Assembly (NCBI GenBank): GCA_041661045.1
Contig: JBAZVE010000001.1
Location: 270,001-302,000, forward strand
Reading direction: 5' to 3'
Length of the DNA: 32,000 nt
Origin: Candidatus Saccharimonadota bacterium
GTDB taxonomy: Bacteria; Patescibacteriota; Gracilibacteria; UBA1369; 2-02-FULL-48-14
Shown here in pieces: positions 23,789 through 31,973 of the stretch; positions within the stretch are counted from its first letter, which is position 1; every line of letters starts with the position of its first letter. A program made the translations under genes and the position numbers. The notes beneath the pieces were generated by a model that was not told the DNA's origin, ran no database searches, and was given only the letters and a program-made list of their open reading frames with translations.

Positions 23789-24252
23789 AGGCCGAAGATA
23801 GCAGACGCAAGCGAATAAGGGAACTGTTTTCGGCGCTCACTATAGCGGGAAATGGCTTCCAGACGGTCTGCTTTTTGCTTTTCGATGAGTGTCGAAATAT
23901 CCTCGATGTCTTTTTTTGCGTCTAAAAAGTGGAGCGACCGGCAAGGAGTTTGCTGAACGAAAGCCAGTAAAGTTCCTTCGAATTCCAATTCTTTTTCTTG
24001 AGGCTGTGGTGATAAAAAGAGCGCGCGGATTTCGGCCAGTTTGGTCCATGCATCCGTAACGCCGACTTCCTTCCGTGCGCTTTCCAGCAAGTACGGCACA
24101 ATGTCACGACGGTGTTCAAAATCGTGCTTCAGCAGGGCTTCGCGAGTTTTTACTTCACGGAGCTCATGGGCCACGCTTTGCCTCAGCCAAATGAGGACGA
24201 TGAATCCCAGTATGGCGGCGGCAATAAGGATAAGAATGAGATTTTCAATCAT
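23785..24252 (-). CDS. lemA: LemA family membrane protein (short form)
   Basis: N-terminal TM helix. DFEHRRDIVPYLLESARKE and the C-terminal RLEAISRYSERRKQFPYSLASAIFGL resemble LemA signatures (RR-DLIPNLV ... YN..v..yN..i..FP...iA..fGf). Confidence 0.6.
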   Translation of the reverse strand: MIENLILILIAAAILGFIVLIWLRQSVAHELREVKTREALLKHDFEHRRDIVPYLLESARKEVGVTDAWTKLAEIRALFLSPQPQEKELEFEGTLLAFVQQTPCRSLHFLDAKKDIEDISTLIEKQKADRLEAISRYSERRKQFPYSLASAIFGL

Positions 24253-24796
24253 GGTGTGGGGTGGTTTTATCGCGCAAATCTAAAAGTGCCCGTGCATTTT
24301 CGTAAGGCCTGCTGACAAAATCGATGACGAAAAAAATGTCGGAAGCAGAAGTTTGAATTTCAATCTTTCCGTAATGAAAAATGCTTTGCCAAAATCCTTT
24401 TTGGATCCCGGTAACATCTTGAATCTGGCCTAAATTGGCCTCTGAAACTTGACGATGGAAAAGGTCGATTTGCTCGTGAGAAATGATGCGATTTTCGGTG
24501 GCTACAATAATGTCCAACTCTTCATTGAGCCACTTGATAAAGGTGATCAAAAGAATAACGAGCAAGTACGCGGTAAAGCCCATGGCCACACTCAAAAAAG
24601 TATCGTTCCACCCTTGATCCAAAATGAGCACTTCCGCCACCACGGCTATTAAAAGGGGTAGGAAGCCAATCACAAAAAGTGTGATGCCAATCCTCACATC
24701 GATGATCCAGTGCTTTCGAATCACCAGTTTGATGTGCTCTCCTTCTTTTTGACCGGGGAAACGGTGATTGCCGTAGTCGTTGGTCTTATTCTTCAT
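24245..24796 (-). CDS. Membrane protein with a bacterial PH-like (YdbS/YdbT, bPH_2-type) domain
   Basis: FPGQKEGEHIKLVIRKHW, then two TM helices, then IVATENRIISHEQIDLFHRQVSEANLGQIQDV...GKIEIQTSA. This layout is typical of bPH_2 proteins. Confidence 0.5.
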   Translation of the reverse strand: MKNKTNDYGNHRFPGQKEGEHIKLVIRKHWIIDVRIGITLFVIGFLPLLIAVVAEVLILDQGWNDTFLSVAMGFTAYLLVILLITFIKWLNEELDIIVATENRIISHEQIDLFHRQVSEANLGQIQDVTGIQKGFWQSIFHYGKIEIQTSASDIFFVIDFVSRPYENARALLDLRDKTTPHHD

Positions 24797-25865
24797 GAGA
24801 CTTCAGTTGGCTTAAAAAAATGTTGAGTGATTTTTTCCATGAGAAGCGCGCAGCCGCTTTTTTTTGCGCAGCCACGACGGACTTTCTGCGCGCGGGATCT
24901 TCCAATAACATGAGTGTATCAGAGAGACCTTCTTTAAGCGAGTCGAGGGACTCGGATTTGGGAAGGAAGAGGGCGGAATCGTTGGAAATTTCACGGTTCA
25001 CGGGTGTGTCCCTTACAATGGCAGGAATTCCGATGCTCATGGCTTGCAGGAGCGGAATATTGAAGCCTTCCGAGTCTGAAAAATGCAAGAAAGCTTTAGC
25101 GGATTTGAGTGCGGAATACACTTCTTCATCTGGTAAAGCACCCAAGAAATAGGTATAGGGATACTCCGGAACTTCCGGGTACAGTTTGGACCTGTGCAGG
25201 GCGGTGCCGATGAGCATCAGACGGGGCGGATGCTTGAGTCCCGCAACGGTTTCCACCATTTGAGGAACATTTTTGCGAATGTCGTAACCTCCCAAATAAA
25301 CCAGGGCCTCTTTTGAGTCCCTATTGGCGGGAATATTTTTTGGCATTTCCGGAATCGCATTCGGCAGGACCTTTGCGGCAGGTATGCCGAGTTCTTTATG
25401 AATGGCGGCGGATACGGTGAAAAGGAGATCCATGAACACCAAACTGCGACGCGCCTGACGGTGGTAGTAGCGTTTCAAGCGGTTTCCTTTATAGCGAGGA
25501 TCCTTCCACAAAATGAGATCGTGCACGGTCATGGCACGACGATGAGGCGATTTTTCGGGGAGCGGACAAGGGTAAGGATAGTATTCCCAATCCAGTTTTT
25601 CTTGTGCAAAAAACTGGGGCACTTGCACGCGCTCCCAATACCACTTTTTAAGCGCTCCGTGCAGTAGAAACTTTTTGGGTTTTATTGTGTGAAGCCATTT
25701 TTTTGGGATTCCCTTGGGTAGGTTTTTTGGCGAGAGTCTTTCCGGGATCACCACGATGCATTCCAAGCCCTTTTCTTTTGCCAACTCTCTGAGCAAGCCC
25801 AAGCAATGCTGGCCGATGCCGGTGTAGGGTTTTGTGACGAACCAAGCTTGAAAGCCGATCTTCAT
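24786..25865 (-). CDS. Family 4 (GT-B, GT1-type) glycosyltransferase
   Basis: The N-terminus TGIGQHCLGLLRELAK and the C-terminal FLHFSDSEGFNIPLLQAMSIGIPAIV (EX7E-type motif) fit the family. Confidence 0.85.
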   Translation of the reverse strand: MKIGFQAWFVTKPYTGIGQHCLGLLRELAKEKGLECIVVIPERLSPKNLPKGIPKKWLHTIKPKKFLLHGALKKWYWERVQVPQFFAQEKLDWEYYPYPCPLPEKSPHRRAMTVHDLILWKDPRYKGNRLKRYYHRQARRSLVFMDLLFTVSAAIHKELGIPAAKVLPNAIPEMPKNIPANRDSKEALVYLGGYDIRKNVPQMVETVAGLKHPPRLMLIGTALHRSKLYPEVPEYPYTYFLGALPDEEVYSALKSAKAFLHFSDSEGFNIPLLQAMSIGIPAIVRDTPVNREISNDSALFLPKSESLDSLKEGLSDTLMLLEDPARRKSVVAAQKKAAARFSWKKSLNIFLSQLKSHEE

Positions 25866-26908
25866 GTAAGGGTGTGGGCAATAATTTGAGTTGCATTTTG
25901 AGTGGCGCGCGGAGGACGAGGCGGCCGTTTGGGCAAGGCCGCGAGTTGCTCGCGGAGCGGGAGACTTGTGTCACCGATTCGATAATATTTGCTTTTTTTG
26001 CAGAGGGCCTTCGCGTTGGCCACTTGATCTCCCCTGCTCGCATTCATGCCCAAGGGGAAAAGCAGCGCGGGAATCTGCAGGGCTTCCAGTTCTGCCAAAG
26101 CGCCGGCCCCGGCGCGAGTGAGCGCGAGCGAAGCGAGCGCGTAGAGATCCTTTATTTCTTCCCCCACAAAAGGCACCGCAATAAAGTCTTTTTTGCGTAC
26201 TGCGGCCGATCCGGCTCCACCATTTTTTCCTTCCCCCGTGATGTGCACCACGGCATACTCCTCCATAATCGCCTTCTTCTCTTTTTCAATTTTTTTGTTG
26301 ATTTCCAAAGACCCGCTGCTCCCGCCCATCACCAAAAGCACCGGTTTCTTTCCCACAAAACCCGCCCACTTCCTGGCTGCCGCGGCACTGCCTTCAAACA
26401 AATCTTCTCGCACAGGGTTCCCCACCGTTTGGAGCTTTTTCTTGTACCGTTGCAACCCCTTTTCCGCCTCCGCATATCCCAAAAAAATCTTCCGTGCAAA
26501 CGGCGCGCACAATTTTGTGGCCAGCCCGGGAATGGCATCGGACTCATGGATATAAACCGGAATCCCAATCATCCCCGCGGCCAAAACCACCGGCACCCCC
26601 ACAAATCCTCCTTTGCTAAAAACCACACTTGGCCGCAGCTTCAACAATTTCAAAAAAGCCTGGGCCGTTCCCAGCGGAATCTTTAATAGATCCACCCCGT
26701 TTTGCACGGCAAAATATCTTCTCCATTTTCCGGTGAGTATGCCTTCAAAAGGAAGTCCCGCCGCTTCCGCCAGTTTTCGCTCCATTCCCCCGTAAGACCC
26801 CATATAGGTGACTTTGGTCTTGGGGCTAGCTTCTTTGATAGCGCGAGCGATAGCGAGATTGGGGATGATGTGTCCGGCCGTTCCCCCTCCGGTCAAGAGT
26901 ATATGCAT
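25862..26908 (-). CDS. murG: UDP-GlcNAc:undecaprenyl-PP-MurNAc-pentapeptide GlcNAc transferase MurG
   Basis: MHILLTGGGTAGHIIPNLAIARAI..., VVFSKGGFVGVPVVLAA, LVMGGSSGS and RAGAGALAELEALQIPALLFP are MurG signatures. Confidence 0.93.
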   Translation of the reverse strand: MHILLTGGGTAGHIIPNLAIARAIKEASPKTKVTYMGSYGGMERKLAEAAGLPFEGILTGKWRRYFAVQNGVDLLKIPLGTAQAFLKLLKLRPSVVFSKGGFVGVPVVLAAGMIGIPVYIHESDAIPGLATKLCAPFARKIFLGYAEAEKGLQRYKKKLQTVGNPVREDLFEGSAAAARKWAGFVGKKPVLLVMGGSSGSLEINKKIEKEKKAIMEEYAVVHITGEGKNGGAGSAAVRKKDFIAVPFVGEEIKDLYALASLALTRAGAGALAELEALQIPALLFPLGMNASRGDQVANAKALCKKSKYYRIGDTSLPLREQLAALPKRPPRPPRATQNATQIIAHTLT

Positions 26909-28079
26909 AATTCGTGGTGTACTTAGAAATGTTGAGCAGCACTCCCACCCCCACCAATGTCATCACCATCGAAGATCCTCCGTAACTCATGAATGGCAGC
27001 GTGATCCCCGTGATGGGAAACAAGGCGGTGTTGACCATGATATTAACGAAGGCTTGAGCTGAAATCCAGGTGGTAATGCCGGCAGCCATCAGCATGGAAA
27101 ACTTGTTTGGGGCATGATTGGCAATCTGGAAGCCACGATACGCGATCACGGCGTAGAGCAAAACCAGTCCTGCCGTTCGCAAAAATCCCAGTTCATTGGC
27201 GCTTGCGGCAAAAATAAAGTCGTCCACCGCCTGCGGAAGCCAGTAATATTTTTGAGTTCCTTGCGTGAGCCCCTTCCCCCAAAAACCTCCGCTTCCAATG
27301 GCAATATTCGCCTGCCGAGTTTGCCAACAATAACTTTCCCCTCCACTCTCATAGCTGCAGGCTTCTTCCGGGTTCAAAATAGCATTCACGCGATTGTTGA
27401 TGTGAGTTGTGGTGGCGTAAGCCAAGATCGAAAGCATCATGCCCAGCACCATCAAGGCCGCCAAATGTCGCCAATTCGCCCCCGCCAAATAGTAAATAAC
27501 CACGGCAATAATGGAGAGCACCATGGCGGAGCCAATGTCCGGCTGCAAGACAATCAAACCGATAATTGTTCCGGCAATCAGCCCAAACTTTAAGAATCCC
27601 TCTTTTAAATCTTGCGTTTTTTCCACCGATATTTTTTCTGCGAAAAAATAGCTCAAATAAAAGATCAGTCCCAATTTTGCGATTTCCGAGGGCTGGACCG
27701 AATCCACAAAAGGCAGCGCCCCTCCCACATTGATCCAACTGGTGGCAAAGGTGTTGTTGTCACTTCCCGCAAAGAGCACAAAGACCAAAAGTCCCGCCGC
27801 CGCAATGTACAAAACGGGCCCCAACACTTTCCAATATCGATAATTCATCTTCCACGCCACCAGCATCCCCACCAAGCCAATCCCCGCGCGCGCCACATGA
27901 TTTTTCAAAATCAAATAACAATCCACCGCCGCATCCGCGCAATCCGGATATTTCATGTCCGGCGCCGAAATCTTAATCGACTTGGGCACTCCCACACTGG
28001 TGATCATGATCACTCCAATCGCCACCACCGCCAAAACCGCTATGAGTAAAACCGTATCGTATTTGCTTCGTTTGAACAT
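26826..28079 (-). CDS. ftsW: SEDS-family peptidoglycan glycosyltransferase FtsW (FtsW/RodA)
   Basis: About 10 TM helices. QPSEIAKL, ASNELGFL and ITGITLPFMSYGGSSMV motifs are present. It is adjacent to murG. The 3' end overlaps the murG start by 83 nt. Confidence 0.9.
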   Translation of the reverse strand: MFKRSKYDTVLLIAVLAVVAIGVIMITSVGVPKSIKISAPDMKYPDCADAAVDCYLILKNHVARAGIGLVGMLVAWKMNYRYWKVLGPVLYIAAAGLLVFVLFAGSDNNTFATSWINVGGALPFVDSVQPSEIAKLGLIFYLSYFFAEKISVEKTQDLKEGFLKFGLIAGTIIGLIVLQPDIGSAMVLSIIAVVIYYLAGANWRHLAALMVLGMMLSILAYATTTHINNRVNAILNPEEACSYESGGESYCWQTRQANIAIGSGGFWGKGLTQGTQKYYWLPQAVDDFIFAASANELGFLRTAGLVLLYAVIAYRGFQIANHAPNKFSMLMAAGITTWISAQAFVNIMVNTALFPITGITLPFMSYGGSSMVMTLVGVGVLLNISKYTTNYAYTLDRRGNGRTHHPQSRYRSRYQRS

Positions 28080-28101
28080 AGTCTGCTAAAAGCGCCCAGC
28101 C

Positions 28102-28130
28102 AGTGTAGCGAAGACTTGAATGTTTGGGAA
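28102..28130 (-). promoter_or_regulatory. Weak candidate internal promoter upstream of ftsW: -35 TTCCCA, 17 nt, -10 TACACT
   Basis: Minus-strand reading is cTTCCCAaacattcaagtcttcgcTACACTggctgggcgcttttagcagactATG. Confidence 0.25.
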
Positions 28131-28158
28131 GACAGAGCTGTTGTGAATATCCTCTTTT

Positions 28159-30786
28159 TTAAGCAGCCATTTTTTTGACGACGCTCGCACTCATGGCCAG
28201 CAAGAGATTTTTATAAAGCTCACGAAGTCTTCTGTTCCCTTCGATGGCTTCTTTATTTTTTGCTGCCACCAAATGATTCTCAATTTGATCTAATCTTGTA
28301 ATGATGTCCAGCGCAAGGTTTTGTATCATGGAGAAAGTTAAAGTATCGGTGGGCTTTGCTCCCAAAAGGCCTGCAACGATATTCTTCAGTTCTTGCGCTT
28401 CAGTAATTGTGATCCTTCGGAATGCAAGAGTGGGATCCTTTAATTTCACTTGGGCTTCTACCCACCTCGTATCGGTGCTGCTTTGAACTTTTTCAAAGAA
28501 GCTTACCCACTCCGTTTCCGGCAAACTTAGAATTTGTGGCCCCATGCTACTAAAATCGGGATCCTTGGCTACTTTCTTCGTAACTGTGAAGAGCTTCTCC
28601 GCGCGGTCGTCTTTCAAAAGTGCTTCTGCTATAAGGCTTAAATCATTCCATAATTCTGTGAATTTAGGCTCAAGACTTGGGCGTATCCCTTTTACCTTGT
28701 CAAAGGCTTCTCCAAAGTCTTTGAACACCTCTACAATGCTTCTACTGCTAACGGACCCAATGTTTTGGGCTACGAATATGCGGACTTCCTGCTTGGCATC
28801 GTCCTTTTCTTCGGGCGTTCCTGATGTCAGCACCTTTTCCATTTCACTTGCGCTCATCAAATATTTAAAGTGTCTCCCCATCTTTGAGGACCGGTACCCT
28901 CTAATATGAGCGGCGATCTCTTGGGGCTCTTCCAGTTCTGGGAAGTGTTCCAGGAATACTTCGGGAGCTAAAACGATGGTCTGCGCAAAAAGTTTTTCAA
29001 TGATGGCCGGAGTCAAAGCGGTGTCGACTGCTCCCAGTATGATCACTATGGCGTTTGCCTTTGTCTCTTCTTCGGAGCCTGCCGGCCAAGTCCCCACTTT
29101 CATCTGCTTTTTAAGGGCCTGAATTCCTCGTTTAATGTCCCTGGCTTCAAAAGGTTGCTCTATGTCGTAGAGCGCGCATACTTGCGCTTTGAGCTTCATT
29201 TTTCCTCCTTCCGTATCCATAAGATCCGGCTTGAGTGTTGGGATGACGCCGTTGAATGTTCCTTCGAGTACATCAGCATCCCACCCCTTAAGACAGGCCG
29301 ATATATTTTTGTCGTTTGCTTCTGTAAAGAGCGTGCGGCCAAAGGCTCTGTATCGATCCTTGTTCCATTCGAACTTGGTTTTTTCCAGCTCTGGATCAGG
29401 GTAGAGTGTTTTGAGGGTATCTTCTGTGAGCAATGTTTCCGCCTTTGTGATCAAGGCAATGATTGCGTCCCGGGTTGCGGTGTAATCATTCAATTTTGCG
29501 TTAGTGCTCCAATCCACCCCTTCTCTCAGTCTTGCCCTCATTTGTGCAGCCCGAGCGATGAGTTTTTGTTTCGTGATTCTTCCGCTTAGGTTGAAGAGAT
29601 TTTGCACCTCATTCCTAAGATCCTGTGGGTTGTTGTCCAACTCCGAAGCCACTGATGCAGCGTCCAAAATGTCTCCCACTCTTACCTCAATATCGTCTAC
29701 GCCATTCTTTTTATTGGTGTGGAAGAAGGGGCGAATATTTTTGTCATTTATTTTCAAAATGCAGTCTCCGATGTTTGCGTAATCCATGGGGAAGTCTTCA
29801 ATGGTTTCTCCCGTCCCGTAGAGGGTTTCCAGGTTTTTTTCGGTGAGCCAAGCTCGAGCGTGTCCAATAATATGAATCAGCGCATGGTGTTGCGCGTGCA
29901 CTCTGGAGTTCACATGACCGCCCAAGAGCTCCAACAAAAGGGTGGTTTGTTGTTCCACTTCCTTTCTATCTATTTCTCCCGAGAGATCTAAAAGATTTGC
30001 CATTTCTTTCTTGATTTCTTCTTGGCCAGCGGGACGAGTGAGGGCTCGGGAAAAACGATCTTGGTCTACAAACATTTTGAAGGTCCGTTCGAGATTTTCT
30101 ATATTCAAGCCCTTGCAGAAGCCATCCAAAGCGTGATGATCGAGGGCGCGATTTCCTTTCTTTTCAGCTTTTTTGTCTCTGGGCAGTTGATGCATGATTT
30201 GGTCTCCGATGTGTTGTTCATCGGTTTTGGTTTCATGAATGGGAGCGAGACCTAGTTTGTCCCGGGCAAGCTTGAGTGCTTTTGCGATCCAAGGGCCTGC
30301 AACGCCAAGAAGTGAAGCGTGACCCATGGCATGGATGAAGGCGTCTGAAAGATCCACCTCGTGTTCGCCCTCTTTCTTCCCATGCTCGTCGTCGCCCAGC
30401 CCCAGTTTTGCGAGGGCGGCAGCGCCCACTGTTTGGAGGAATCCTCCTTTGGGGCCGTGATCCACTGCCTCTCCGGCTGCGGCTTCTCCGGTTGCTTCTC
30501 CCACAGCGGCTTGCGCTTTGGGATGTGCACCAGGTTTGGGATGTGCGCCGGGTTTGGGATGTGCGCCGGGTTTGGGGTAACTTCCCTCGTTATTCGCGGC
30601 GGGTTCTTCTGGCGGGAAAGTTTCTTTAAATGCGCCTACCGTTGCCCCTTCTACGAGGTCTTTAAATGATTCTGCAATCCCAAGAATCCCTCCGTGTTTA
30701 AAATGTCGAGTATTATTCGCCGCCTCCACTGGAGCTGCCTCCGGTGCGGCATGGGGTGTTCCGACATGTTTTGCTTTTTCAGACAT
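28159..30786 (-). CDS. Large (875 aa) repeat-module protein of unknown function
   Basis: Uninterrupted ORF with an ATG start and no signal peptide. The N-terminal 210 aa are low-complexity (A/P/E/G/K-rich, PKPGAH x3). The rest is helical-looking with a recurring ~132-aa module. I recognise no catalytic motif. Confidence 0.8.
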   Translation of the reverse strand: MSEKAKHVGTPHAAPEAAPVEAANNTRHFKHGGILGIAESFKDLVEGATVGAFKETFPPEEPAANNEGSYPKPGAHPKPGAHPKPGAHPKAQAAVGEATGEAAAGEAVDHGPKGGFLQTVGAAALAKLGLGDDEHGKKEGEHEVDLSDAFIHAMGHASLLGVAGPWIAKALKLARDKLGLAPIHETKTDEQHIGDQIMHQLPRDKKAEKKGNRALDHHALDGFCKGLNIENLERTFKMFVDQDRFSRALTRPAGQEEIKKEMANLLDLSGEIDRKEVEQQTTLLLELLGGHVNSRVHAQHHALIHIIGHARAWLTEKNLETLYGTGETIEDFPMDYANIGDCILKINDKNIRPFFHTNKKNGVDDIEVRVGDILDAASVASELDNNPQDLRNEVQNLFNLSGRITKQKLIARAAQMRARLREGVDWSTNAKLNDYTATRDAIIALITKAETLLTEDTLKTLYPDPELEKTKFEWNKDRYRAFGRTLFTEANDKNISACLKGWDADVLEGTFNGVIPTLKPDLMDTEGGKMKLKAQVCALYDIEQPFEARDIKRGIQALKKQMKVGTWPAGSEEETKANAIVIILGAVDTALTPAIIEKLFAQTIVLAPEVFLEHFPELEEPQEIAAHIRGYRSSKMGRHFKYLMSASEMEKVLTSGTPEEKDDAKQEVRIFVAQNIGSVSSRSIVEVFKDFGEAFDKVKGIRPSLEPKFTELWNDLSLIAEALLKDDRAEKLFTVTKKVAKDPDFSSMGPQILSLPETEWVSFFEKVQSSTDTRWVEAQVKLKDPTLAFRRITITEAQELKNIVAGLLGAKPTDTLTFSMIQNLALDIITRLDQIENHLVAAKNKEAIEGNRRLRELYKNLLLAMSASVVKKMAA
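30517..30577. repeat. 18-bp tandem repeat, 3.4 copies (TTTGGGATGTGCRCCRGG)
   Basis: Units are at 30517-30534, 30535-52 and 30553-70, with a partial unit at 30571-77. Units 2 and 3 are identical. On the minus strand it encodes YPKPGAH-PKPGAH-PKPGAH-PK. Confidence 0.95.
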
Positions 30787-30797
30787 AGTGGTTTTAT

Positions 30798-31973
30798 TTA
30801 GTGCTTAGCGGCGGGTGCGGCAGGAGTTTTTTTCGGGGCGGCGGATTCTTCTTTGGCCTCCGGTTTTGCATCAGGTTTTTCAAAAAGTGATAGTTCGGGG
30901 ACAGTCCAGTCGGCGCCAACGAGGTCATGAGAGATTGTGTTGGTGACCCCTTCCCCCACTCCAAAGAGACCAAGAGCAAGGGCGGTGGGAATGGCAAAGG
31001 CGGTTTGTTTGGTTCGATACCAAGCGGCGGCAAGCCTGTTCCCTGCCCATTTGAAGGGCTTTGTGTACCATTTTTTACCGGGCTTATTGGCGGGTTTGTC
31101 TGGTTTACTGGCGGCCCATCTTGCGGCCTGGTACGCTCTCACAAATGGGGTGCTCACCATGCGGCCAGTGGCACGGATTGGATTTACAATCAAACTCTCG
31201 GCGACGGTTTTTGTGAAATCGACCCCTCCGGAGACGAAGTTTACTGCGGCATTTCCACCCAAGCGAAGGCCATTCCAGGCAAAGCGCGCCACTGGAGGTA
31301 CCACTGCACGGAGACCTAAGAATCCGAGCGTTCCACCACCAATCACTGTGGCAGCTCCCAATGCTCCTGCAGCCAGGGCTCCGAATGCGCCATACTTGAG
31401 GCCGGTTACAACGCCGGATCCAATGCTTGCACGACGATTCCAAAGCCAACCGATTCCTTTGCCGGGAGCGGTTAAGACTTGCTTCAAACCGGATCCGGTG
31501 ACAGCCAAAGCTTTTCCCCCTGTTTCTTTTGTCTTTCTGCCTCTTTCTCCCCAGTTTTCTTCATTCTTGGCTTTACGAATGGCGGCACGAGTGAGGTCAT
31601 CCAGCTCAGCATTGGAAATATCCACTCCCACCATTTGAGTAACGATGTCTGCACGAACAGCGGCTTCCAAGGCAGCGCCTGTTAAGCTGGCCGCAATGTG
31701 CGTTTTTGCAAATCGGTCTAAGCTCTTCATAAACACCACTTTTTCCGCTATTTTTTTATTGAAAGCGGAGTATCTGGACTGCTCGGCAGCGTAGATCGAC
31801 ATTTCTTCCGCTTTTGCCTCTCCGGCAAATAACCTTGCGAGCTCTTCGCGAATTTCATTCTCTAGAATGGTTTTGTCTTTCCCCACGCCTTGTTCTCGTC
31901 TCAACCGTGCCAGACGGAAGGCCCCCATCTCCATCATTTTTGTATCCCAAGCGTTTTCTTCTTTTAATGGCAC
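30798..31973 (-). CDS. Gly/Ala-rich membrane protein of unknown function (the start may lie beyond the window end)
   Basis: The ORF-track start is a GTG at 31973, and the frame stays open to pos 32000, so the gene may be 5'-truncated. Hydrophobic Gly-rich segments include YGAFGALAAGALGAATVIGGGTLGFLGL and TAFAIPTALALGLFGVGEGV. The tail is lysine/proline-rich (PDAKPEAKEESAAPKKTPAAPAAKH). It lies 11 nt upstream of the 875-aa gene. Confidence 0.7.
   Translation of the reverse strand: MPLKEENAWDTKMMEMGAFRLARLRREQGVGKDKTILENEIREELARLFAGEAKAEEMSIYAAEQSRYSAFNKKIAEKVVFMKSLDRFAKTHIAASLTGAALEAAVRADIVTQMVGVDISNAELDDLTRAAIRKAKNEENWGERGRKTKETGGKALAVTGSGLKQVLTAPGKGIGWLWNRRASIGSGVVTGLKYGAFGALAAGALGAATVIGGGTLGFLGLRAVVPPVARFAWNGLRLGGNAAVNFVSGGVDFTKTVAESLIVNPIRATGRMVSTPFVRAYQAARWAASKPDKPANKPGKKWYTKPFKWAGNRLAAAWYRTKQTAFAIPTALALGLFGVGEGVTNTISHDLVGADWTVPELSLFEKPDAKPEAKEESAAPKKTPAAPAAKH

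Noticed and set aside
25874-26686. 270-aa ORF antisense to murG
   Set aside because: It is a shadow ORF of murG. It is R/P/H/S-rich and has no motif.
30517-30577. CRISPR-like or regulatory repeat
   Set aside because: The units are directly tandem without spacers. They are in frame inside a long ORF and encode a peptide repeat.
28159-30786. Zinc metalloprotease assignment for the 875-aa protein based on its His-rich stretches (HAMGH, HAQHHALIHIIGH)
   Set aside because: There is no HExxH or other complete catalytic motif. The histidines are not in a recognisable protease context.
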